This document shows positions 38,997 to 48,147 of a DNA stretch of 64,000 bases, piece after piece. Location: contig OX638316.1 in assembly GCA_951812525.1 (NCBI GenBank), forward strand, positions 2,472,506 through 2,536,505. Direction: 5' to 3'. The position numbers were made by a program, and so were the translations under genes. Within the stretch, counting starts at the first letter, position 1. Every line of letters starts with the position of its first letter. Source of the DNA: an uncultured Poribacteria bacterium. Its GTDB lineage: Bacteria > Poribacteria > WGA-4E > WGA-3G. The notes beneath the pieces were generated by a model. The model ran no database searches, was not told the origin of the DNA, and worked only from the letters and a program-made list of their open reading frames with translations.

Positions 38997-41957
38997 TTAA
39001 TTCCGAGCTTCGGGTGTAACCGTCAATTTTACTTGTTTGCCCTCTCGTAGAACAATAACTTTGACAGGTTCACCAATTTTCACCGCATCAAGCGCGTATG
39101 TATAGTCATAGATATTGGTAATTTCCTGTCCGCCAAATTCAACAATGATGTCACCGCCCTTTAAACCGGCTTTATCGGCAGGACCACCAGCGCGAACGCC
39201 GGAGAGTTTGACACCGGTCCCTTCCGTTGTATAGTCGGGAATTGTCCCCAAATACGCACGAAGTGTGTCACGACTTCCCTCCTCTGATTGACTCCGTTCA
39301 ACTCGGACATACTCCGGACGTTCAACGGTGCTGATTAAGTCCGAAAGGATACCGTGTGCCAAGTGTGCGATCCGCTCTAGTCCTTCATAATTAAGTGTTT
39401 CTATGTCATCCGTTGGACGGTTATAGTCTTCGTGGCCGCCGGTGAAAAAGCTGAGTACCGGCACCTCTTTCGGATAGAAGGCAGTCACGTCTGTTGGCAA
39501 ATATGGATCCGTTTGTAACGTCAGGTTAAAACCGATGGGAATGTTCCGCTTTTCAATCAGTTTCGTCCACACAGATGATGAGCCAACACCTTGCAAAATA
39601 AGTTTATTTTCCCGGAGCCGCCCCACCATATCAAAGTTGATGTATGCCGTTACTTTCTCTAAAGGGACAACGGGGTTATTAACAAAGTGCGTAGAGCCGA
39701 TGAGTCCAAGTTCCTCCCCTGACCAGAGAGCGAAGATAACACCTCTCTTAAACTTTTCAGGGTGTTCTTGATAAGCTTCGCTGAGTGTCGCCGCCAAATC
39801 TAATACGACGGCGGTGCCAGAAGCGTTATCGTCTGCCCCGTTGTGAATTTGTCCCTCTTCACCCTTCCTTGCAAGTGAACCGATCTCACCGTAACCGATA
39901 TGGTCATAATGTGCACCGACAATGACGTACTCGGTGTCGTTTGTTAATTCCGCTGGTGAAAGAAGTGCGACGACATTCTGATCGGTTTTCTTAACTTTCT
40001 CAATCGAAACGACGATTTTAACTTTGACATCGGGCAGCGGGAACTGTCCGATGAAATGCGGGTTTTCTACATCGAGTCCAGATTGGACCTCTTTCAGGTC
40101 TTTACCGGATGGTGCGAAGAGTGCGTTCGCGAGAGTATCACTTATTGACGCTGCAACAATACCGGAGTCTGCGAGGCTGCTGTCAAAATCAAGCGGAATT
40201 AACTTGCCTGCGTTTGGAGAATTTGGACCGGCAACAACGAGAAACGCCTTGGCCCCTTGCTCTCGTGCCTGCATCGCTTTATAACGGAGTCCTGCGTATC
40301 GATTCAATTGCTGACGACGTTCTGGTTCAACCGCTTCAGGAACATAACGGAGAGCAACAACGATTTTATCTGTTACATCCAGCCCAGCATAAGCGTCGTA
40401 TCCTTCCCCAAGTTCACCAGGGACGGATAATCCATATCCAACAAAGACCACTTCGCCCTCAACAACACCGTTACGAGAGAAAGATAGCGGCTGAAAATCT
40501 TTTTCTACACCGAATTCCATCACCTGTTCTGAACCATGTGTCTGACGTGTAATATGAAACCGATTTTCTTCCGATATAATCCGCCGACCTGCGGTGAATT
40601 CAAACGTTTGGTAATAACTTTTTTCATCGCTGAAGGGCTTGAGATTAAGGTCCGTGAACTGGGCAGCGATATGTGCCGCCGCGTGTTTCGCGCCTTCCGA
40701 ACCGGTCATCCTACCTTCCAGCGCGTCGTCAGCAAGGAATTCGATATGCTGTTGGATACTCGTTTTATTAGCGGGTTCGGAATTGGAAACTCTTCCTATG
40801 GGAAGCACCGCTGAAATTTGGCTTTTCGGTGCCCCAGCGATTGCCTCTAATGCGGCTTCGTGATTCCATTCTGCAAGGTAAAGCTGCGATACCGCTTGGC
40901 TGTTTCGATTGGAGGTCCAACATAGGCGATTTCCATCGGGTGAGAAGACCGGAAGTCCATCAAATCCGTCAGTTGTGGTAACGCGAACCGGCTCATGCCT
41001 ACCTCTTGCGTCAACGAGATATAACTCAAAATTAGAAAATCCGAGTTTGTTGGAAGCAAAGATAACGTAAGCGCCGCTCGGATGGAAATAGGGTGCCCAA
41101 GACATGCTATCGAAGTCGGTTAGCCGTTGGACATTTGAACCGTCGGTTCGCATTGTATAGATATCCGCTTGGCTTCCGTCAGTCGTAAAGTGCCGCCAGA
41201 CGATATGTTGTCCATCGGGTGTAAAGAAAGGACCGCCATCGTATCCGGGTGAGTCTGTCAAGCGTATCTGATCTGAGCCGTCGGCGTTCATGATATAAAT
41301 TTCGCCGAAATAGGCAGGATCTACTTCCAGTTGTTTGAGTTCCTTCGGAGAGAGTTGGCTTTTAGGATATGCGTCCCGCAGTGAACAGAAAACGATATGT
41401 TTGCCATCGGGCGAGTATGACGCTTCAGCATCGTAACCGGGTGCGTCCGTCAGCTGCTTAATGTTACTACCATCGCGATTTGCCGAGAAGATGTCCATTG
41501 TCTCATCGTAATCCCAGCTATAGCGGCGTTCTTTTCCCGATGCTCGGAATTGCAGTTCCTGTTCCTGTTTTGCCTGCGCGAAAACGTCATGGTGTGTTGA
41601 AGCATAGAGCACTTCATCGGTTCCTGGACGAAAAAATGCGCAGGTTGTCTTGCCGATACCGGGCGAGACGCGATGTGTATCCCCTGTCAGTAGGTTTAAA
41701 AGATAGATTTGGTAAAAAGGATTATCTGATTCACGTTCACTTTGGAAAATGAGCGCGTTGCCATCTTCGGAGAAATAGCCCTCTCCAGCACGCTTGCCGT
41801 CGTAGGTAAGTTGTCGGATATTGCTGAGAAATTGCGACTCTTCAACAGCATTAGTCTCTATTTCATTTGATGTAGTGTACTGTGCCACGACATCGCCGGT
41901 TAGAAAAATAGCAAAGAATATTGCGCACAACAGACCGATCAATTTGATGCAACGCAT
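38997..41957 (-). CDS. Secreted M28 peptidase with N-terminal PD40/TolB-like propeller, PA domain and C-terminal PDZ
   Basis: Signal peptide; RAGEGYFS, GYDAEASYSPDG repeats; GAHYDH, GADDNASG, GEELGLIGS, NFDMVG; YLGTIPDY...GPADKAGLKGGD. Confidence 0.93.
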   Translation of the reverse strand: MRCIKLIGLLCAIFFAIFLTGDVVAQYTTSNEIETNAVEESQFLSNIRQLTYDGKRAGEGYFSEDGNALIFQSERESDNPFYQIYLLNLLTGDTHRVSPGIGKTTCAFFRPGTDEVLYASTHHDVFAQAKQEQELQFRASGKERRYSWDYDETMDIFSANRDGSNIKQLTDAPGYDAEASYSPDGKHIVFCSLRDAYPKSQLSPKELKQLEVDPAYFGEIYIMNADGSDQIRLTDSPGYDGGPFFTPDGQHIVWRHFTTDGSQADIYTMRTDGSNVQRLTDFDSMSWAPYFHPSGAYVIFASNKLGFSNFELYLVDARGRHEPVRVTTTDGFDGLPVFSPDGNRLCWTSNRNSQAVSQLYLAEWNHEAALEAIAGAPKSQISAVLPIGRVSNSEPANKTSIQQHIEFLADDALEGRMTGSEGAKHAAAHIAAQFTDLNLKPFSDEKSYYQTFEFTAGRRIISEENRFHITRQTHGSEQVMEFGVEKDFQPLSFSRNGVVEGEVVFVGYGLSVPGELGEGYDAYAGLDVTDKIVVALRYVPEAVEPERRQQLNRYAGLRYKAMQAREQGAKAFLVVAGPNSPNAGKLIPLDFDSSLADSGIVAASISDTLANALFAPSGKDLKEVQSGLDVENPHFIGQFPLPDVKVKIVVSIEKVKKTDQNVVALLSPAELTNDTEYVIVGAHYDHIGYGEIGSLARKGEEGQIHNGADDNASGTAVVLDLAATLSEAYQEHPEKFKRGVIFALWSGEELGLIGSTHFVNNPVVPLEKVTAYINFDMVGRLRENKLILQGVGSSSVWTKLIEKRNIPIGFNLTLQTDPYLPTDVTAFYPKEVPVLSFFTGGHEDYNRPTDDIETLNYEGLERIAHLAHGILSDLISTVERPEYVRVERSQSEEGSRDTLRAYLGTIPDYTTEGTGVKLSGVRAGGPADKAGLKGGDIIVEFGGQEITNIYDYTYALDAVKIGEPVKVIVLREGKQVKLTVTPEARN

Positions 41958-42030
41958 CTCAATCCTCCCATTTTTGGTATAACTCTCTAATCAATATGCG
42001 ATAAATCGCGCGACCCCAAACGGGTCGATG

Positions 42031-42882
42031 CTATAGGTATTGAGCTGCTTTCTCTTTCAGGAACGCGAGTCCATCTGTCGCGAGACTTTCAGCACTCGGT
42101 GCGATATCTCGCCAGATACATGTTGCGGCGGCAATTTCTTTGACGGCTGGTGTGAAGGATTCAATAACCAACCATCTATCATAGTTCACTTTAGCAAGCG
42201 CACCGAAAACACCATCCCAATCTACAGGTCCTGTACCAGGAGTGCCACGATCGTTTTCGCAGCAGTGGACGTGATGTAAATAATCGCCAGTTGCCATAAT
42301 CGCGTCTGCCTGATTTTTTTCCTCAATGTTCATGTGGAACGTATCAAGGTGAACCTTGAAGTAGGGGCTATCCACTGCTTTACAAAGTTTAACGGCATCT
42401 GCGGCAATGTTCACGAAATAGGTTTCAAACCGGTTGAGCGGTTCACTGGCGAGTGTAACGCCCTGTTGTCCTGCGAATTCAGAAATCTCTTGGAGTCCTT
42501 CAACGCACCAATCCCATTCCTGTTGGTTCCTGCCTCTACCGACGAGTTTACCGACTGCGCTGTACATCGGTCCAACGAACGTATCTCCACCGAGTTCTGC
42601 AATAATTTCGATCGCGCGTTTGAGGTAGATTTTCCCAGTTTCGCGAATCGCTGGATCTTCGTCAATCGGATTCCTATCGGGTCCCATGATATTACAACCG
42701 ATCGGTTCCAAGCCTGTATCTTGCAATAGTGATTGAGTGTAAGGAATGTCCACTGTATCCGGATCAAAGATAGGAATTTCGACACCTTCAAAACCCATTT
42801 CAGCAACTTTAGGAATCAAATCTGCAGTTTCTCTGTCAAACTTATCTGCCCAGAGTAATAAATTTACACCAAATTTTGGCAT
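42031..42882 (-). CDS. D-psicose/D-tagatose 3-epimerase family protein
   Basis: EPLNRFET, LDTFHMNIEE, H.CENDRG.PGTG, IESF. Confidence 0.9.
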   Translation of the reverse strand: MPKFGVNLLLWADKFDRETADLIPKVAEMGFEGVEIPIFDPDTVDIPYTQSLLQDTGLEPIGCNIMGPDRNPIDEDPAIRETGKIYLKRAIEIIAELGGDTFVGPMYSAVGKLVGRGRNQQEWDWCVEGLQEISEFAGQQGVTLASEPLNRFETYFVNIAADAVKLCKAVDSPYFKVHLDTFHMNIEEKNQADAIMATGDYLHHVHCCENDRGTPGTGPVDWDGVFGALAKVNYDRWLVIESFTPAVKEIAAATCIWRDIAPSAESLATDGLAFLKEKAAQYL

Positions 42883-42994
42883 TATGTTTTGTTCTCCTTA
42901 TAGCGTGTAATATTTTTTAGTTTAGCATAAGTTATAAGCGTTTTCAAATTTTTTATATTATCTGTAGGCTTGTCCAATTATAAATATGGCATGC

Positions 42995-44314
42995 TTATCG
43001 GGAGCAATCTGATTTGAACAAATATTTCGGTGCCAGCACTGTTAGCGAGATACCTCGGGCAACCAACAGCAGCGTCAATGCTCCCCACAACCCGTGATTC
43101 CCGAAGGGTATCAACAGATATATCGAACCTAAAAAGAGGACGGTTGATATAAAGACAGAATTCCGCAATGCTTTAGAAGCAGTCGCCCCCAGAAAAATTC
43201 CATCCCAAATGTAAGCGGCGACATTGATAACAGGCGCGACAATTATCCAAATAAGATAAGGTTTCGCGCCTTCAATAAGGTGCATCTGATTTGTAAAGAG
43301 ATGCAGCAGTTGCTCTCCAACCACCACGAAAATTAACATAATCACACCTCCGAACAGAAACGCCCACAGGAAAATTTGACGCGTTGTTCTTTTGAGATTC
43401 TGCATATCCTGCGCCCCTTTATACTTACCGACCAGACTCTCCGCCGCAAAGGCAAATCCATCAATCGCATAGGATAGGATATTGACAAACTGCAGTAGGA
43501 TCGTGTTGATCGCAAGGAAGGTATCACTCAGAGCAGCGGATTTTGCCATGAAAACGGCGTGGCTAAACGTCAGACAACACGTCCTGATGAAAATATCGCT
43601 GCTGATGCTCAGAAACCGTTTGAGTTTGGAAAACATCAAAACATCCCGAAGGTTCCACGTTGTCAAAATGCTTCTATAGCGTCCGAAAAAGAGTAGAATT
43701 GCCAAAATTAACCCGACATATTGGGCAATAACGGTTGCTAAAGCGACACCTTCTACCTTCATACCAAGCGTCTGCACAAATATCAGATTTAAAACAATAT
43801 TGACGAGATTCACGACAATCGTCAACAACATCGGATAGTGTGCATTTTGTAAACCTAAAAAAACGCCGTGGAAGGCATGTAAGCACAACGTCGCTGGGGC
43901 AGCAGAGATACGGATATAGAAATAAGTGCGGGCAAGATTTTCAACTTCAGGGCTGGTATCAATGAGGTGGAAACTTATATCGGCAAGCTGCCGCTGTAAA
44001 CCCAAAAGGAAAAGGCTGGATGTAATACCGATGCATATCGCTCGCAAAAGTAAGCGGCCGCATTCTGGAATGTCGTTTTCTCCGAAGGCTTGTGCAGTCA
44101 ATCCCGTTGTCGCCATTCTGAGAAACCCGAATCCCCAATAGATAAAACTGAAAATAATACCACCAATGCCTACTGCGCCAAGGTAGTGTTCGGACGCTAA
44201 CCGTCCCATCAAAGCAGTGTCCACCGCACCTAACAGAGGAATAGAAAAGTTGCTAATAATGTTTGGAATCGCGAGATTGACAATCTGCTTATTGATATTT
44301 CCTGGGGTATGCAT
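42995..44314 (-). CDS. dinF: MATE efflux transporter (DinF subfamily)
   Basis: LAIPNIISN..PLLGAVDTA, FLRMATTGLTAQA, DIFIRT, DGFAFAAE; about 12 TM segments. Confidence 0.88.
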   Translation of the reverse strand: MHTPGNINKQIVNLAIPNIISNFSIPLLGAVDTALMGRLASEHYLGAVGIGGIIFSFIYWGFGFLRMATTGLTAQAFGENDIPECGRLLLRAICIGITSSLFLLGLQRQLADISFHLIDTSPEVENLARTYFYIRISAAPATLCLHAFHGVFLGLQNAHYPMLLTIVVNLVNIVLNLIFVQTLGMKVEGVALATVIAQYVGLILAILLFFGRYRSILTTWNLRDVLMFSKLKRFLSISSDIFIRTCCLTFSHAVFMAKSAALSDTFLAINTILLQFVNILSYAIDGFAFAAESLVGKYKGAQDMQNLKRTTRQIFLWAFLFGGVIMLIFVVVGEQLLHLFTNQMHLIEGAKPYLIWIIVAPVINVAAYIWDGIFLGATASKALRNSVFISTVLFLGSIYLLIPFGNHGLWGALTLLLVARGISLTVLAPKYLFKSDCSR

Positions 44315-44611
44315 AGAGGTTCCCGTTTTGTATCTACCTTAGAGTTTACCCGCACTTACGGTGAAAATCAAGCCTATTTTTCGCCAGAACTGTTGAATTT
44401 TTAGACTTCTGAGCTGAACCTATTTTTTTGAAGAGAACCAAAGCTGTTCATAACTAAAAATGGGGAATAAGATTAGAAAATCCGAGAGTTTTGGAACTGT
44501 GAACGTGCGTTCTAAAAAGTAGAGAAAATCTGCTTATATGCTGTATGATATGCCTTTGCCTTACAAATTTCTTTGTAATTTTGGCGAAAATTTAGTATAC
44601 TATAATTAAAA

Positions 44612-45484
44612 ATGAAAGATTGGTCTTACGGTTTTACCGCCAAGTTAATCGGATACTTCGTATCTCGACTGCCACGTCCAACGACATTGGCAATCGGAGG
44701 TCGATTAGGTGCCCTCATATTTTGGCTTGCACGGCAGCAGAGGGAGTTGGCATGTCAGCAGTTACGGCGTAGCTTAGACCTTCCCGATGAACGCCGGATT
44801 AGAGCGATAGCAAAGCAGTGCTTTGAGAATTTAGGCAAAACTGTATTAGAATTTATGCAATTTCCACGCATGAATTCAAAACAGATTCAGGAATATGTCA
44901 GTTTTGAAGGCATTCACCATGCAGAGCAAGCACTCGCAAAAGGCAAAGGAGCGATCATTCTAACAGGGCATTTCGGGAATTGGGAACTGCTTGCAGCAAG
45001 TATTTCTGCTACGATTGCTCCGTTGACACCTATTGTTCGTGAGGTGCGTTCTCCTCGATTAAATGCCTTGGTTTCAAGTTACCGAGCGCGCGCAGGATAT
45101 GCTACTATCGATCGAGATACAGGAATTCGGCACGCGCTTCGGTGTCTCAAACGTAATGAACTGCTTGGGATTGTCGCTGATGTAGACACAAGTGTAAGTG
45201 GTGTTTTCGTCGATTTTTTCGGTCAGCCAGCATACACACCGTACAGCCCTGTCGCTATTGCACTCAAAACAGGGGCAGCGATACTACCAACGTTTATTGT
45301 CCGTCAGTCCGATGGTTCGCACCGGGCAATTATCGAACCGCCCTTGGTGTTACAGCGAACAGATGTGAAAGAGAAGGATCTTGTCGTCAATACACAGAAA
45401 TTCACAAAAATTATCGAATCTTACATTCGGCGATATCCAACACAGTGGATTTGGATGCATCGACGGTGGAAAACGCAACCTTAA
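44612..45484 (+). CDS. Lipid A late acyltransferase (LpxL/HtrB family)
   Basis: GHFGNWE, D....G.FVDFFG, IRRYPTQWIWMHRRWK. Confidence 0.9.
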   Translation: MKDWSYGFTAKLIGYFVSRLPRPTTLAIGGRLGALIFWLARQQRELACQQLRRSLDLPDERRIRAIAKQCFENLGKTVLEFMQFPRMNSKQIQEYVSFEGIHHAEQALAKGKGAIILTGHFGNWELLAASISATIAPLTPIVREVRSPRLNALVSSYRARAGYATIDRDTGIRHALRCLKRNELLGIVADVDTSVSGVFVDFFGQPAYTPYSPVAIALKTGAAILPTFIVRQSDGSHRAIIEPPLVLQRTDVKEKDLVVNTQKFTKIIESYIRRYPTQWIWMHRRWKTQP

Positions 45485-45500
45485 TTGCATTATCACATGT

Positions 45501-46055
45501 TTGTATCTTTGTTTGCTTCTCTGTGTAGTTTGTTGTAAAAGCGCAGAAACCCCGATCGATGCAACTGGTGAATCTGTAGAAGAAGTTCCAACACAGAAAC
45601 TCGAACGGTTCTCTACACAACACACTGAAGCAGGTATCGTCAAATGGACACTTGTCGGTGATACCTCAACATTCCACGGAAGTTACGTTGAAGTGGAAAA
45701 TCCGACCGTTGAGATTTTTGAAGACGGTGCCGTTTCTATTACTTTGACGAGCCAAAAGGGAAAGCAATTCCTGACAGGTAGCGAGAGAGATAATCTGCAT
45801 CTTTCAGGAAACGTCGTGGGTGTCAGTAAGAATGGCACTTTATATAGTGAACTCCTCCATTGGCAAAACCGGGCGGGTAAATTATATGCCCCGGAAGAAG
45901 TCACGATTGTACGTGGAGATTCCACCTGGGTCGGAACAGAAATGTTTGCGAATCCGACGCTTGAAACAGTAATAATGAAAAACAACCAATTTAAACTTTA
46001 CCCAAAAGATGAGAAGACAGATGAAAATCACAACACCTCTATTGTGCCGGAATAG
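45501..46055 (+). CDS. lptC: LPS export protein LptC-like (start codon uncertain)
   Basis: Position before lptA-lptB; W.L.G...V.NP.V, L.GNV, LYSE.L.W, VTI.RG beta-jellyroll pattern; the in-frame starts I could find near the 5' end are TTG 45381 and TTG 45501. Confidence 0.7.
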   Translation: MYLCLLLCVVCCKSAETPIDATGESVEEVPTQKLERFSTQHTEAGIVKWTLVGDTSTFHGSYVEVENPTVEIFEDGAVSITLTSQKGKQFLTGSERDNLHLSGNVVGVSKNGTLYSELLHWQNRAGKLYAPEEVTIVRGDSTWVGTEMFANPTLETVIMKNNQFKLYPKDEKTDENHNTSIVPE

Positions 46056-46971
46056 ACATGAGTCGCGATTTCACCTCCGCAAATTGTGTAATTTTTGTGT
46101 TTATACCGGCTTCTTAGTACTTTTTGTATGTAGCTTTCCCTTGATTCTTAATGCAGAGGACACAAAAACGGACACATCTACTGCAACCACTAACGGCGAA
46201 GCGTCAGTTACAGGAAACAACGTACAGGTCATAGAGAGTACTGAAACTACGGATAGTGAAAGTGCCAATAATGACGATGCCACCGTCGAACCTACTACAG
46301 AAACCATTACCGGCACCTCAAAAAGAATGGAGAGATATGAGAAGGATGGCATAACCATTCTTATCGATGAAGCCAAGACTATCCGGTATGACGAACAAGG
46401 CATTGAAATTGGGTTTCTCAATGCTGATAAAATCACCCTCAAGAGCGATCCGGAAACCGGAACGACAACAGAAGTTGTCGCTGTAGGAAATGTAGAAATC
46501 CGAGACCAAGATATCTTTGCTACCTGTGATCATGCTATTATGAACAACCTGACGAATACTGTTGTTCTTAAAGAGAATGTCGTTGTCTTACAAAACAAGG
46601 ATCGGCTCGAAACTAAGCTTTTCACTTTTAATAGGACAACCGGAAAGCAGATTGGCGAAGGTGGTGTCAAATTTAAGGTTACCGTTACACAAGCAGCACC
46701 GGTAGACGCAGAGACAGATGAGAACGCCGAAGGCGGGTCAGATGCCGGTGAAGAAGAAACTTCTACAACTGCGCCTGAGCAAACGGAAGGTGAGGTTCAA
46801 GAAGACACAGGCGCTGAGATGCCTGATGCAGATAGCGGCGTAGAAGAGGAATCTGATGCAGACGCTGGAGGCGCTGAAGATACGGATCGTGGAGAAGAAA
46901 CTGATACAAATACCGAAGATACGAATGACGCAGATACGGATACTGAAACGGAAGAATCCGAGAACAATTAA
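46021..46971 (+). CDS. lptA: LptA/OstA-like protein with long acidic tail
   Basis: Signal-like region; ADKI, VAVGNVEI, ATCDHA, VLKENVVVLQ OstA pattern; lptC-lptA-lptB synteny. Confidence 0.75.
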   Translation: MKITTPLLCRNRHESRFHLRKLCNFCVYTGFLVLFVCSFPLILNAEDTKTDTSTATTNGEASVTGNNVQVIESTETTDSESANNDDATVEPTTETITGTSKRMERYEKDGITILIDEAKTIRYDEQGIEIGFLNADKITLKSDPETGTTTEVVAVGNVEIRDQDIFATCDHAIMNNLTNTVVLKENVVVLQNKDRLETKLFTFNRTTGKQIGEGGVKFKVTVTQAAPVDAETDENAEGGSDAGEEETSTTAPEQTEGEVQEDTGAEMPDADSGVEEESDADAGGAEDTDRGEETDTNTEDTNDADTDTETEESENN

Positions 46972-47231
46972 GCCAATCGCCTAACTCTAGGCTTCAGCCT
47001 CTCGTAAACTTTTTTGTCAACGTCCGCATGATGGGTGCGTTACGTAGTCTTGAAGCGTTATAAGTCTCATTGGATTTCTTCGATACAATAGAAAAATACA
47101 ATTGTCTCTGAGGGAAAAATATAATAGAAAGTCAAATTGTACGACACAATAAAGCGAAGCGCAATTTGCCTTTGTTTTACATCGGATTGGCACAATGTGT
47201 TAATCATAATGAAATACCATAATTAGAAGCC

Positions 47232-47996
47232 ATGGCAATAGAACTTCAAGCACACAGACTTGTGAAACGTTACACGCGCCGCGGACCCATCGTTGTTAAT
47301 GAGGTGAGCCTGTCGGTAAAGCAAGGTGAGATAGTCGGACTCTTAGGTCCCAACGGCGCAGGAAAATCGACGACATTCTACATGGTAGTAGGATTGATTC
47401 GTCCCAACGCTGGCAGAATCACGTACGATGATAAGGATATTACCTTTTATCCGATGTACAAACGTGCTCGTCTCGGTATTGGCTATTTGGCACAAGAGAC
47501 TTCGATTTTCCGGAAATTAACAGTGCAACAGAATATTGAGGCGATTCTTGAAGCGCAGGGTGTGCCGAAATCTGAACGCGAACCTCGCATTCGTGAATTG
47601 ACAGATGAACTCGGCATTTCAAATCTATTAATGCGTAGGGCGTATACCCTCTCAGGTGGTGAGTGTCGTCGCGCCGAGATAGCACGAGCCCTCGCTGCAC
47701 AACCTGATTTCATCCTACTTGATGAGCCGCTTTCCGGAATAGATCCAATTGCTGTTGCCGATATTAAGCAACTCATCTCACATTTACGCGACCGAAATCT
47801 CGGAGTGCTTATTACAGATCACAACGCTGTTGAAACACTCGACATCGTTGACAGGGCATATATCATTGTTGATGGAAAAATCACTCTCGCTGGGACACCT
47901 ACAGAACTTATCAACAATGAGACTGCGAGAGATCTCTACTTTGGACACAATTTTTCCTATCGGGTAGCAGACACTATGGAATCGCAGGGGGATTAG
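47232..47996 (+). CDS. lptB: LPS export ABC ATPase
   Basis: GLLGPNGAGKSTTFYM, GYLAQE.SIFRKL, LSGGE.RR.EIAR, LITDHN..ETL. Confidence 0.96.
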   Translation: MAIELQAHRLVKRYTRRGPIVVNEVSLSVKQGEIVGLLGPNGAGKSTTFYMVVGLIRPNAGRITYDDKDITFYPMYKRARLGIGYLAQETSIFRKLTVQQNIEAILEAQGVPKSEREPRIRELTDELGISNLLMRRAYTLSGGECRRAEIARALAAQPDFILLDEPLSGIDPIAVADIKQLISHLRDRNLGVLITDHNAVETLDIVDRAYIIVDGKITLAGTPTELINNETARDLYFGHNFSYRVADTMESQGD

Positions 47997-48147
47997 CGTC
48001 GCAGCTCTAATCGCCGTAAAAATTAATTAGGCACATTGCCATGTTCTGTCTGTTGGACAGACGAATTGTTGCCTAATATGGCTTTTATAAGCTAAGCTTA
48101 AAAACACAAGCACAGAGTGTATCATACATATTCAGCAGAGGCAAAAA

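Noticed and set aside
47187-47206. Possible sigma54 -24/-12 promoter (TGGCAC) upstream of lptB-rpoN
   Set aside because: The required GC at -12 is absent (GG-N10-TA).
46972-47231. Possible ncRNA or riboswitch in the 260-bp lptA-lptB gap
   Set aside because: No recognisable conserved motif or convincing stable structure by eye.
48027-48077. Imperfect hairpin between lptB and rpoN (ATTAGGCA...TGCCTAAT)
   Set aside because: Irregular stem with no adjacent U-tract; I cannot distinguish terminator, repeat relic or chance.
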